Under the pieces are notes generated by a model, which was not told where the DNA came from, did not search any database, and worked only from the letters and a program-made list of their open reading frames with translations. Made by a program: the position numbers and the translations under genes. Shown one piece after another: positions 1-8,625 of a stretch of DNA of 64,000 nt. Position 1 is the first letter of the stretch, and every line of letters starts with the position of its first letter. This stretch comes from Candidatus Omnitrophota bacterium (GTDB lineage Bacteria > Omnitrophota > Gorgyraeia > JAHIPI01): NCBI GenBank assembly GCA_016783745.1, contig JADHVZ010000005.1:1178-65177 (forward strand), given 5' to 3'.

Positions 1-260
1 TCTGACCAGCTTCCTGCGGAATAAACCGAGTATTTAGCAAATACCCAGGCCGCATCCCAGTTTGCGGTAACGCTGGGAGCCCCGGTGATAAACCAGGAAT
101 TATCCCAGGCGACATCAAACTGGAGATCATAGGTATCATTGGTGGTATCCTGGTTTACCAGTGAGATATTCTCCACCACGATATTGTTGGCAAAGGATAT
201 CCCTGGTAACACCATTAAAAACCCCACCACCAAACCAATGTACGCCCCCTGGGCGTACAT
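1..260 (-). CDS. secreted hypothetical protein, N-terminal part (gene runs off window start)
   Basis: Minus-strand frame reads MYAQGAYIGLVVGFLMVLPGISFA/NNIVVENISLVNQDTTNDTYDLQFDVAWDNSWFITGAPSVTANWDAAWVFAKYSVYSAGSW with no stop down to position 1. N-terminus is Sec-signal-like. Absent from the ORF track because it has no in-window stop. Confidence 0.35.
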   Translation of the reverse strand, partial: MYAQGAYIGLVVGFLMVLPGISFANNIVVENISLVNQDTTNDTYDLQFDVAWDNSWFITGAPSVTANWDAAWVFAKYSVYSAGSWS

Positions 261-405
261 CCTCTTTTGTCTTCTATTCCTTGTCTGCACTGTCTGCCTC
301 CTTCTCCTGTCTATTGAGTTTCAAAATTCGTTCTATCTTGCTATATTCTACCTACTTCCAAACCCGCATTGGAGGTAAGTTCAGCAATCCTCCTTATCTT
401 ACCTT

Positions 406-1182
406 CTACGGTGCTGGGGTAAAATTCAACGAGGCCACTCCATAATAGTTAGTTCCGTCATAGTAGAAGCCGACAATATCTATGGCACTGACATCTGTGG
501 TCAGGGTCGGTGCTGTGCCTCCTGACCACTTTATTGTTGAGCCAGTAGGCCATGTTAAACTGTGGCCCCCTGTTGCATCCTGAACTATCTTTAATACCAG
601 ATTGCAGGCGTCATGCGGCGCGGTGAATGTTAAGGTACAATTGGTATTCAGGGTTATCTCCTGTTTATTGGAAGTGCCCCAATCAATCATCTCGGTGCTG
701 CCCGGGCTATCGTGGCCTACTTCTTCAAACACAATCCCGCCTTTGACAATCAGCGCATCCTCGGAGGCATCCCAGAGCAAGTATTTGCCGCTACCTGAGC
801 CGTAGAATTTTACGTCGTAGCCGGCGCCGTCGATGCCTGCGGTGATTGCGCCCTGGACGTCTAATTTGGTCTGTGGACTCGTCGTCCCGATGCCCACTGA
901 GCCATCAATAATGAGGTTTTCTGCAGTTGTGCATTCAACACCTGCTGAGTCAAGCCTTAGGCCTCCTTTGAGGATCATATTTCCATCTGTATCGATATGG
1001 GCTATTTCATTGGTGGTGTTGTCCTGGAAAGAGAAGGCACTTGAGCCATCAGCAGAATCCATCACTGTCTCAGTATCGTCGGCAAAAACAGGACAGGTTA
1101 GCCCTAAGGTTAGCCCTAACATGAACAGCCAGAAAAATAACGCCCTTGAGCTGGCCATGCCCACAAAATTTGCCTTTTTCAT
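406..1182 (-). CDS. secreted hypothetical protein (signal peptide; Gly/Thr-rich)
   Basis: 258-aa ORF. N-terminal MKKANFVGMASSRALFFWLFMLGLTLGLTCPVFA looks like a signal peptide. No recognisable catalytic motif. Confidence 0.5.
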   Translation of the reverse strand: MKKANFVGMASSRALFFWLFMLGLTLGLTCPVFADDTETVMDSADGSSAFSFQDNTTNEIAHIDTDGNMILKGGLRLDSAGVECTTAENLIIDGSVGIGTTSPQTKLDVQGAITAGIDGAGYDVKFYGSGSGKYLLWDASEDALIVKGGIVFEEVGHDSPGSTEMIDWGTSNKQEITLNTNCTLTFTAPHDACNLVLKIVQDATGGHSLTWPTGSTIKWSGGTAPTLTTDVSAIDIVGFYYDGTNYYGVASLNFTPAP

Positions 1183-1363
1183 TTTCTTCCTCCTGGTATA
1201 ATGTTCACCCTAGATATTTAGAGTGAACGGCTTAATGTTTTTATGTTAAAAACAAAAAACCCAAGTCCTCCCGCCCCAGCGGGAAAACTTGGGTTTCGAA
1301 AAAATATTTATATGAAGCCGGGTTATCCTCCCGACAAAAATTTCTACTTACTAAGGTGGAGTT

Positions 1364-1427
<64 letters not shown>

Positions 1428-1693
1428 TCTCTCATCACTGTTGCTCCAATGTAATATCAGATTCCTGATTATTTCTGCATCTTTAGTCTATCATACCTTT
1501 TACCTTAGAGTCAAAGAAAATCTGCAATTCTTCTCTAAGTGTTTTTCTCTAAGAGAAAAACACCAAGGTAAGGAAGAAGATCTGCGGTAACACGTTCTAA
1601 GTTAATTATTTTTATAGATTTTTTCTATAACGCCTTACCCTTATTGAAGGTGCTCAACACGTCTGACGTTTTACCTTTACTTTTTTTCATATA

Positions 1694-2365
1694 TTAATAC
1701 CCAAGTATTTTTTTTGAAAGGCTGTGTACTTCACTGTTGGCAAGTGCCGCTATTTTCTTTTTCACCCGTCTATAATAATATTCTCGTTCCGTTTTCGTCA
1801 TTTTTTCACCATTAAGCTTTTTAAAAAAAAGAGCTTTTTGCTTTGGAGAAAATATATGAGATAATGCAAATTCAAGAGAAAGTTGCTCATAGTTAGACTT
1901 TGTTTTTTCAGTGTTTGATTCTTCATATTGAAAATAATTTTTAAATACATCCTTAATATGTGCGGAATTAATTGTGTATTCCATAATCTTAAAATTATCG
2001 TCTTTTTTTAAATATTGTAAAAAATGATTTACTATTTCTTTGTTTTCATCAGACATTTTTTTATACATTTTATCAGCCCACCAAAATTTGAGATGGAAAT
2101 ATTTATACAAAGATATTGATAATATGATAAACTGCATTAATGTTCTTTTTTCATCTTCACTTTTGCAAATGTTAAGTAAAGCATTTACGTCGAAACCGGG
2201 ATGTTTTATTGCATTGGCTAAAATTACTGGAAAACCTTCCAAAAAACGCAAGTTGCCACTTTTGAGCGTTTGATAAATAGTCTCATTAACATCAATTCTT
2301 TTATCTGTTTCAAACAACGAAAATCCTAATGAACTAATATTTCTTAATAATTTTTCATTGTCCAT
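1694..2365 (-). CDS. hypothetical protein (AT-rich islet)
   Basis: 223-aa ORF in a markedly AT-rich segment. No recognisable motif. Positioned directly downstream of the nucleotidyltransferase-like gene. Confidence 0.4.
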   Translation of the reverse strand: MDNEKLLRNISSLGFSLFETDKRIDVNETIYQTLKSGNLRFLEGFPVILANAIKHPGFDVNALLNICKSEDEKRTLMQFIILSISLYKYFHLKFWWADKMYKKMSDENKEIVNHFLQYLKKDDNFKIMEYTINSAHIKDVFKNYFQYEESNTEKTKSNYEQLSLEFALSHIFSPKQKALFFKKLNGEKMTKTEREYYYRRVKKKIAALANSEVHSLSKKILGY

Positions 2366-2561
2366 AAATATTTTCCTCCTCGACTTTTAATATAAAATAT
2401 CGAAATTGCTTATTTACTCTGTCCTCAGCAGGTTCATATGAAGCCGTTTCCTTAAAACGTTTTTTTAAACGGCTTAAATCAATTTCATGGGCTTTGACTC
2501 TAACAAGAGCCAGGCAATCCTCAAAATCTTGCGAAGCACCTCTAAATATTTTACTAATCAT
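2355..2561 (-). CDS. small hypothetical protein, possibly the C-terminal part of a split nucleotidyltransferase gene
   Basis: 68-aa ORF beginning 47 nt after the stop of the 111-aa NTase-like ORF. Its stop (2355-2357) overlaps the first 11 nt of the 223-aa ORF that starts at 2365. Confidence 0.3.
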   Translation of the reverse strand: MISKIFRGASQDFEDCLALVRVKAHEIDLSRLKKRFKETASYEPAEDRVNKQFRYFILKVEEENIYGQ

Positions 2562-2608
2562 TAAATCATAATAGTTTAAAACTCCTAAATAAATATGAGA
2601 AAACTTTT

Positions 2609-2944
2609 TTAGGGTAATGTTATTTCCTTTATTAAGGGGGATTCTATCAATTTTGTTGTGTGTATACAGTTGTTTTGAAACAGATCAAATATAAAGATTT
2701 CATCTTTTCTTTTCCATCCGGATCCTGTAATTTGCACATATCCAAGATCCTGCAAGTTTTTAATTAAATAATTATAGTCGCTATTAATTGGAATCATAAA
2801 ATCTATATCTATTGTTGATTCCTTAATGTCGAGAAGTGTTAGTGCGGTTCCTCCGCATGCAATGAGATGTATCTTCTTGTGTAAAAATGTATTCCAATTA
2901 GTAAGTATTTTATTTAATTCAGATTTTGTTAGTCTATAATTCAT
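2609..2944 (-). CDS. minimal nucleotidyltransferase-fold protein (GG[ST]...DxD)
   Basis: IACGGTALTLLDIKESTIDIDFMIP matches the G[GS] ... DxD signature of pol-beta-type minimal nucleotidyltransferases. Only 111 aa, possibly truncated by a frameshift. Confidence 0.45.
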   Translation of the reverse strand: MNYRLTKSELNKILTNWNTFLHKKIHLIACGGTALTLLDIKESTIDIDFMIPINSDYNYLIKNLQDLGYVQITGSGWKRKDEIFIFDLFQNNCIHTTKLIESPLIKEITLP

Positions 2945-2958
2945 AACTGTTTACTGTA

Positions 2959-3001
2959 CGTTTTCGTACATATATATGTGCGTTTTCGTACATATATATG
3001 T
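2959..3001. promoter_or_regulatory. two tandem 21/22-bp repeats, each containing the palindrome ACATATATATGT (operator-like)
   Basis: cgttttcgtacatatatatgt(g) occurs twice back-to-back. It sits 15 bp upstream of the NTase-like start codon at 2944. Confidence 0.6.
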
Positions 3002-3267
3002 ATATATCTATACATCTGAATGAAGTATACACTAAGACTGTTGGATTGTCAAGTGGTAGTAGGTAATTACTTGACTTTATACTGACCCCTATTAACAAAT
3101 CAGGTGTTTTAAGGTAGAATATAGCTCTAGAAAGAAAGGAGCTATAGTCTATGAAAAAGCGTAACTACCTTAAAAATCAAATAGTTACGCGTAATTTATT
3201 GCTCTGTTTGGAGTTAGGGAAAGTGTGCCTGTTCAACTCCCCCTTCCGCACCAGTATCTAACGAAAT

Positions 3268-3657
3268 TTATATATAATCCCTTAATTGATCGTTACGTAG
3301 AGCGTCTATTATTTCCTCAATTTCTTTCAAGTATTCCAAAACCTGTTCGCGAAAAGGGCTCTCTGGATATAACTCAAGATTTATTTTAAATTCTACTATT
3401 GCGTTCATATAAGCTTTTGACTCAAAATAATACTCGCCTATTCTGAAGTGTGCTTCATCAGCATATTTAGAATCCGGATAGATAGATGCGATTGAAGTAA
3501 ATTTCATAAACGCAAAATTAGATCTCCCTTGCTTCATGTATTTTATAGCTTCTTTATAAAGTGTCCTAGCCGGGTCGCCACGGCCATCAGCTATGGCCGT
3601 ACATGCCAAGATTATAATGCTGGTAATAATTACTATGTGCTTTCGTCTTGTATTCAA
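3268..3657 (-). CDS. periplasmic TPR-like protein (YbgF/BamD-like fold)
   Basis: Signal peptide is followed by helical repeat sequence (YKEAIKYMKQGR..., FRIGEYYFESKAYMNAIVEF). Confidence 0.45.
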   Translation of the reverse strand: MNTRRKHIVIITSIIILACTAIADGRGDPARTLYKEAIKYMKQGRSNFAFMKFTSIASIYPDSKYADEAHFRIGEYYFESKAYMNAIVEFKINLELYPESPFREQVLEYLKEIEEIIDALRNDQLRDYI

Positions 3658-3873
3658 TTAAATATCCTCTAAGGGCATTGATGTTGTTCCCTTTACGGCG
3701 CGCTGCCTCCCTTTTTTATCATAGAATATTAAATAACCGTCAATAGCCCCGGCGCGCTCCTCTAAAAATAGATATGTCCGCTCTACTTCCATATCGCTGA
3801 TTATAGGCTGACTCGCAAAAGAAAGGTTAGCGATCGATAAGGCAGGAATCAAAGCTAAAAGTATTTTTTTCAT
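3658..3873 (-). CDS. small secreted hypothetical protein
   Basis: 71 aa with signal peptide MKKILLALIPALSIANLSFA. Abuts the neighbouring genes, which suggests co-transcription. Confidence 0.35.
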   Translation of the reverse strand: MKKILLALIPALSIANLSFASQPIISDMEVERTYLFLEERAGAIDGYLIFYDKKGRQRAVKGTTSMPLEDI

Positions 3874-3878
3874 CTTTC

Positions 3879-4412
3879 TCAGTCTCCAAAGATCTCTAAA
3901 TATTCTTTGTCAACAGCCTTGACTCCTTTTTTATGGAGTTCATACCAGTAAAAATCCCTCGATTTGTTATTTTTAATGGCCAGGGCGGTGTGCATGCTAT
4001 CGATATAGAGTATCGACCTCATCAATCCTATCAGCCGTCCGTACTTTTCAAAGTCATCTCCCGATAAAGAAAGAAGGAGGTTATGCAGCAATTTTCCAAG
4101 TGAGTCCATATCATCCAAAGATTCATTTTCGTTTTCTATGTTATATTTTGTCGTTATAGTGGGATCGGGAGGGTCAAAAATAACATTCTTAAAATCCCAG
4201 TATAATGCTTCTATAAGATCTTCTGTTATATCCTTTTCGGATAATTTCGCTATAGCTTCGGCGTCTTCCCATTTTCGCAGGCCTTCTTTTACCCCATCGG
4301 CCTCAAGCTCGACCAAAACTTTTACCGGATCCTCAAGATTTATCTCTCTCTTGTTCGCTTCCGCCACGTGCGGGATCATAAGCAAAAACGATATTACGAT
4401 AAGTGCTCTCAC
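3879..4412 (-). CDS. secreted hypothetical protein
   Basis: 177 aa. N-terminal MRALIVISFLLMIPHVAEA looks like a signal peptide. Confidence 0.45.
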   Translation of the reverse strand: MRALIVISFLLMIPHVAEANKREINLEDPVKVLVELEADGVKEGLRKWEDAEAIAKLSEKDITEDLIEALYWDFKNVIFDPPDPTITTKYNIENENESLDDMDSLGKLLHNLLLSLSGDDFEKYGRLIGLMRSILYIDSMHTALAIKNNKSRDFYWYELHKKGVKAVDKEYLEIFGD

Positions 4413-4428
4413 TTAAAAAGCTCCTTGA

Positions 4429-6342
4429 TTACTTCCTGTGCTCATTCAGACTCTCCAGGAACGCGGAATGGATCTCGACCCCATGCTCAATTGCTTTGTC
4501 ACAATGGTAGACGGCGCGCTCGTAATCGCCAGTTTGATAGTATGCAAATGACAGATTATTATGCGCTTCGCCGAAATCAGGGTCTATCTCCAGCGCTTTA
4601 CGATATTCAGCTATAGCCTCCGCGCGCATTTCCTTTTTAGAATAAACATTGGCCAGATTATAATGAGCCTCGGCAAAATCCGGATTGATCTCAAGCGCTT
4701 TTTTATATACAGCGGTCGCTTCGTCAAGCAGGCCTTTTCTGCGATAGGCTATCCCCAGATCGTTATAGGCCTGGTCAAAATCAGGATCTAACTTAATAGC
4801 TTCCTTATATTTTTCTATAGCCTCATCCACGCGATCCTTCCGGTTATACACAAATCCCAGATTATAATGCGCGTAGACGTGATCAGGCTTTATTTCAATC
4901 GCATTTTTATATTCCGCTACGGCCTTATCAAGCTCGCCGCTTCTGGCATAGGCAAGCCCAAGATTATAATGCGCTGTAGGAAAATAATTTTTTGAGTTAA
5001 CCGGGAAATAATCAATATTGACAAACACTGAAAATGCGATAAGCGCCGCTACGTAAAAAGACAGGTCCTTGATCTTTCGGTGTTTCAACAGCTCCCCGAG
5101 ATCAAAAACAGCATAAGAAGCCGAGATAATAAGAAAAGGCGCGCACGGAAAACGATATCTCGCGGACACAAAATAAAGCAACAGTGACAGCATATAAGCT
5201 GCGATAAAAATTATGATCAAGCTTGCGCCCGGCGGCCGCCGCTTAACGGCTAACACAAGCCCCAGCATAGCAAAAGGGGCGATCATGCCGAATGAAAAAA
5301 ACGGTATTTTTAAAACCGGGATATACTTCCTGCAGAAATAGAAGTTAAGGTTTGAGGCGAGCTCCACATTGTTCCAGAATAAAAGAAATTTTCTTCCTAA
5401 GAGAATCAAGAAAAGGCGCGGATTGCCGCCAATAAAACGAAGGCTTTTAGAAAACCAGTAGCGTGAAGCCTCGGAAGAGGTTAGCATCTCTCCGGATTCA
5501 TCCCGGGCAAGCCTTATTGAGTCAGTGATCGAGACAACCGGCAGGTCGGATACACCGCGGACAGGAACGTAGGATCCTGTGGCGCCCGGTGAGTTTCCGA
5601 TATAAAAATTGAACCCTCCCTGAACGGAAAATGGCGAAAATCTTCCCTCTATCGCGTAATTTCTAAATGAGAACGGTGTCAGGATCAGGAGAATTCCCGC
5701 CGTGAAAATAACCGGACGCAGTACCTTCTTAAGGCCTTTTCTATCGAGCGACGCAAACCATACCGCCAGAAGTGGTATAAAAAGAAGCGTATTCGACGTA
5801 ATAAGCGTTGAAGTGGCGGCTATTATGCCGGAGACGAGCCATAAAAAAGGCCTATCCCTGTCTTTAGCGTTAAGTAGAGAAAAGACCAGCAGCAGATTTA
5901 CAAAAACCGAGATCGTGGCCCGCATCAAGAAAGCCGTATAAAAAATTGCCATTGAGTAACAGGCATAGGTAAGGGCCGCCAGCAACCCTATGCCCTTCTT
6001 CTTGAAGGCTCTCACACAGATCATGTATAGTAAAACGCAGCTCAGGGAATCAAGCACGGCCTGTACTATCCCGACGCTTATCAGGCTTCGTCCGGCAACG
6101 GCATATGTCAAGGCAAGAAAGATCGGATAAACCGGGTTCATATAAACGGACTCCTTGAAGGCAATATTGCCTCCAAGGATCTCAAGCGCGATCCTGTTAT
6201 AATGCTGTGAATCCGCGGAAAAGAAATAAAATAGCGGGGTCGACGCTATCTGCCCAAGATAGATAAATCTCAGTATAAGCGCGAGAAACACTATGACAGT
6301 CAATATGACCCAGTGCCTTTTTAATTTGATAGTGATGTTCAT
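4429..6342 (-). CDS. GT-C fold membrane glycosyltransferase with C-terminal TPR array (TMTC-like architecture)
   Basis: N-terminal ~400 aa are multi-pass membrane. C-terminal ~220 aa hold at least 6 TPR units (AHYNLGLAYARSG, AHYNLGFVYNRK, AYNDLGIAYRRKG, AHYNLANVYSKK, AHNNLSFAYYQTG). Confidence 0.55.
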   Translation of the reverse strand: MNITIKLKRHWVILTVIVFLALILRFIYLGQIASTPLFYFFSADSQHYNRIALEILGGNIAFKESVYMNPVYPIFLALTYAVAGRSLISVGIVQAVLDSLSCVLLYMICVRAFKKKGIGLLAALTYACYSMAIFYTAFLMRATISVFVNLLLVFSLLNAKDRDRPFLWLVSGIIAATSTLITSNTLLFIPLLAVWFASLDRKGLKKVLRPVIFTAGILLILTPFSFRNYAIEGRFSPFSVQGGFNFYIGNSPGATGSYVPVRGVSDLPVVSITDSIRLARDESGEMLTSSEASRYWFSKSLRFIGGNPRLFLILLGRKFLLFWNNVELASNLNFYFCRKYIPVLKIPFFSFGMIAPFAMLGLVLAVKRRPPGASLIIIFIAAYMLSLLLYFVSARYRFPCAPFLIISASYAVFDLGELLKHRKIKDLSFYVAALIAFSVFVNIDYFPVNSKNYFPTAHYNLGLAYARSGELDKAVAEYKNAIEIKPDHVYAHYNLGFVYNRKDRVDEAIEKYKEAIKLDPDFDQAYNDLGIAYRRKGLLDEATAVYKKALEINPDFAEAHYNLANVYSKKEMRAEAIAEYRKALEIDPDFGEAHNNLSFAYYQTGDYERAVYHCDKAIEHGVEIHSAFLESLNEHRK

Positions 6343-7871
6343 CGCGGGCCTTCCGCAATAAGTTTCTCTGCTATGCTTCTGTCGTTCTGAAGGCGCGGTA
6401 CTTTATGCTGGCCGCCAAGCTTTCCCTCTGATTTCATCCAGTCGTAAAAAGCCCCTTTTCTCAGCTTGATGACTTCCGGAAGGCCGACACTGATATCTCT
6501 ACCTCTATGCGCGTCATAGTCCGCATTCCCCTCCCGTAAACGCTTGTCCAGATAACGTATGAATCCCTTCGCATCAGATGGCTCTCTGATAAACTCTATC
6601 AACCACTGATGACATGGCAACCTCGACAGATCTTTTCGAAAAAGAGGCGCTACGGTATAATCTTCTATTTTAGAGTCAGTCATTTTACACGCGTAAGATA
6701 TGGCATCATCGGCATCCTTCACTATAAGATGCTCGCCAAAGGCGCTCAAGAAATTTTTTATCCTGCCTGTTACTGTCAATCTGAGCGGATCAAGATCAAC
6801 AAACTTTACCGTGTCGCCAAGTACGTAGCTATACAATCCGCTGTTATTAGTTATTATGATGGCATAATTTTTATTCTTTTCGACTTCGGCAACCGTCAGA
6901 CGCGCGGGATGATCATTATTGATCTCCTCTTCCGGGACAAATTCATAAAAATTCTCATAATCAAGCATTAGAAGCATACCCGGGCCTTCTTTTTTATCCT
7001 GTATAGCCATAAATGCCTCCGAGGCCGGATATATCTCGAGATAATATACATCCTTACCGATGACCTCGCGCAAAAGCTCCCTGTAGGGTGAAAAACTTAC
7101 GCCTCCGTGCACCAGCAGCGAAAGATCAGGCCATACCTCCGCCACAGTCTTGACTCTATTGCCGCTTCTTTTTCCCGCCTCCTCAAGCAATTTACCAAAA
7201 AACACGATCAGCCAGGACGGCACACCGGACAGGCCCCGTATATCCTCATCCACATCTTTTTGCGCTATTTTGCTGATCTTCTCTTCCCAGTCAGGTATAT
7301 GCGCGATCTCTCTACCTGGTTCATAAATGGACTTGAACATCAAAGGTACGGCGCGGGATATTATGCCGCTTAAGTCGCCCGCAAAGGCGCCTTTCTTCAG
7401 CTGTTTTAAGGAGGTGCTTCCTCCTAAAAAAAGAAATTTTCCGTTTAAGATCCGGCGGTCACCGCTTTCGCTTAAATAAAAACTCAGGCAATCCAAAGCG
7501 GCTTTTTTACTGATGGCTATGGAATCTTTTGAGACAGGAATATATTTGTCTCCGGACGTCGTACCTGAGGTAAGAGCAAAATTCCATATCCTGCCCGGCC
7601 ACGTCACGTTAACTCCGCCTTTTATGGCCTTGGCTATCCACGTCCGCATATCTTCATATTGAAAAAGCGGTACGCGCTTACGGTAGGCATCTATTGATTT
7701 GATGGATTTGAAGCCGTATTCCCGCCCGAATTCCGTGTATCTGGCTTTATCCAGGATAGAAAAAAGCGCTTTTTCCTGAAGCCTTAACGGGCGAGAATAT
7801 GTATCTCTTATCTCTTTTACCCGTCTCCGGGCATGCCCGGTAAGGTAAAAGTTAACTATGTTTTTTAGCAT
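6339..7871 (-). CDS. GH3 family acyl-acid amido synthetase homologue (ANL-superfamily adenylating enzyme)
   Basis: ALTSGTTSGDKYIPVS (P-loop-like SGTTSG), YENFYEFVP, YSYVLGDTVKFV and FGEHL motifs are characteristic of the GH3 auxin-responsive family (PF03321). Confidence 0.65.
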   Translation of the reverse strand: MLKNIVNFYLTGHARRRVKEIRDTYSRPLRLQEKALFSILDKARYTEFGREYGFKSIKSIDAYRKRVPLFQYEDMRTWIAKAIKGGVNVTWPGRIWNFALTSGTTSGDKYIPVSKDSIAISKKAALDCLSFYLSESGDRRILNGKFLFLGGSTSLKQLKKGAFAGDLSGIISRAVPLMFKSIYEPGREIAHIPDWEEKISKIAQKDVDEDIRGLSGVPSWLIVFFGKLLEEAGKRSGNRVKTVAEVWPDLSLLVHGGVSFSPYRELLREVIGKDVYYLEIYPASEAFMAIQDKKEGPGMLLMLDYENFYEFVPEEEINNDHPARLTVAEVEKNKNYAIIITNNSGLYSYVLGDTVKFVDLDPLRLTVTGRIKNFLSAFGEHLIVKDADDAISYACKMTDSKIEDYTVAPLFRKDLSRLPCHQWLIEFIREPSDAKGFIRYLDKRLREGNADYDAHRGRDISVGLPEVIKLRKGAFYDWMKSEGKLGGQHKVPRLQNDRSIAEKLIAEGPR

Positions 7872-8625
7872 TATCGCTATTTTTTAAAAAATCTGTCAAA
7901 TGCCTGTTAAATTCATCCGGCTTTTCTATCATCGGGGCGTGCCCGCAGCCGTTTATAAAAACAAGTTTTGAGTTTCTTATGTTTGCGTTGAATATGTGGG
8001 CCACTTCCGACGGGGTGATAATATCGTTCTTGCCCCAGATAAGCAGTGTATCACATGTAATAAGCGATAGCTGGCCGGAGAGGTTATATCTTTTGGCTGA
8101 TTTAGACATCCGAATGATCTTCAATTTTAACATCCTGGACTTAAGCTGATTGTAAGCGCTTTCTATCAGCCTGTCGCTCACAAAACTTTTATCATAAAAG
8201 ACCTCCCCTATTTTTCTGGTAAGATATTCCCTGGTAGGATGTATCTGGACATCATCCGCGTAACCCCTTTCAAACAGCCCGGAACTCCCGGTTAAAACAA
8301 GATTCCTGATAGGCTCTTTATGGTTTATCGCGTAATCTAAGGCTATATGGCCCCCGAGAGAATTTCCGATCAACGTCACGTCACGAAGCCTTTTCTGATC
8401 TATGAAACGCGCCAGAAACTCCGTCATCACTCTCACTGAACACAATTTAGGCTCAAGCTCCAGATAAGGCAACCCCAGAACGATCGTCCTGTACGATTTA
8501 GATAGAGTTTTTACAACCGGGGCCCAGTTTGATAATTCGCCGAACATGCCATGCAGCATTATGATCGGACTACCCGCGCCTTCTTCAATATAATCATATT
8601 TTGAGTCTAATGACATTAACCCCAC
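7852..8625 (-). CDS. alpha/beta-fold hydrolase
   Basis: GNSLGG (GxSxG nucleophile elbow). HGMFG oxyanion region near N-terminus. His in GCGHAPM near C-terminus. Confidence 0.7.
   Translation of the reverse strand: MGLMSLDSKYDYIEEGAGSPIIMLHGMFGELSNWAPVVKTLSKSYRTIVLGLPYLELEPKLCSVRVMTEFLARFIDQKRLRDVTLIGNSLGGHIALDYAINHKEPIRNLVLTGSSGLFERGYADDVQIHPTREYLTRKIGEVFYDKSFVSDRLIESAYNQLKSRMLKLKIIRMSKSAKRYNLSGQLSLITCDTLLIWGKNDIITPSEVAHIFNANIRNSKLVFINGCGHAPMIEKPDEFNRHLTDFLKNSDNAKKHS

Noticed and set aside
139-1201. Plus-strand ORFs 139..378, 161..445, 602..805, 833..1201
   Set aside because: They lie antisense to better-supported minus-strand secreted-protein genes. They are low-complexity with no motifs, typical shadow ORFs.
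2959-3001. Possible CRISPR repeat
   Set aside because: Only two adjacent copies with no spacer, and no cas genes. It is an operator-like tandem repeat, not CRISPR.
3195-3255. tRNA-like 3' end (…cctgttcaactcccccttccgcacca…)
   Set aside because: It has a GTTCAA T-loop-like string and a CCA, but no acceptor, D or anticodon stems can be paired. No cloverleaf was found, so it is not called a tRNA or att site.
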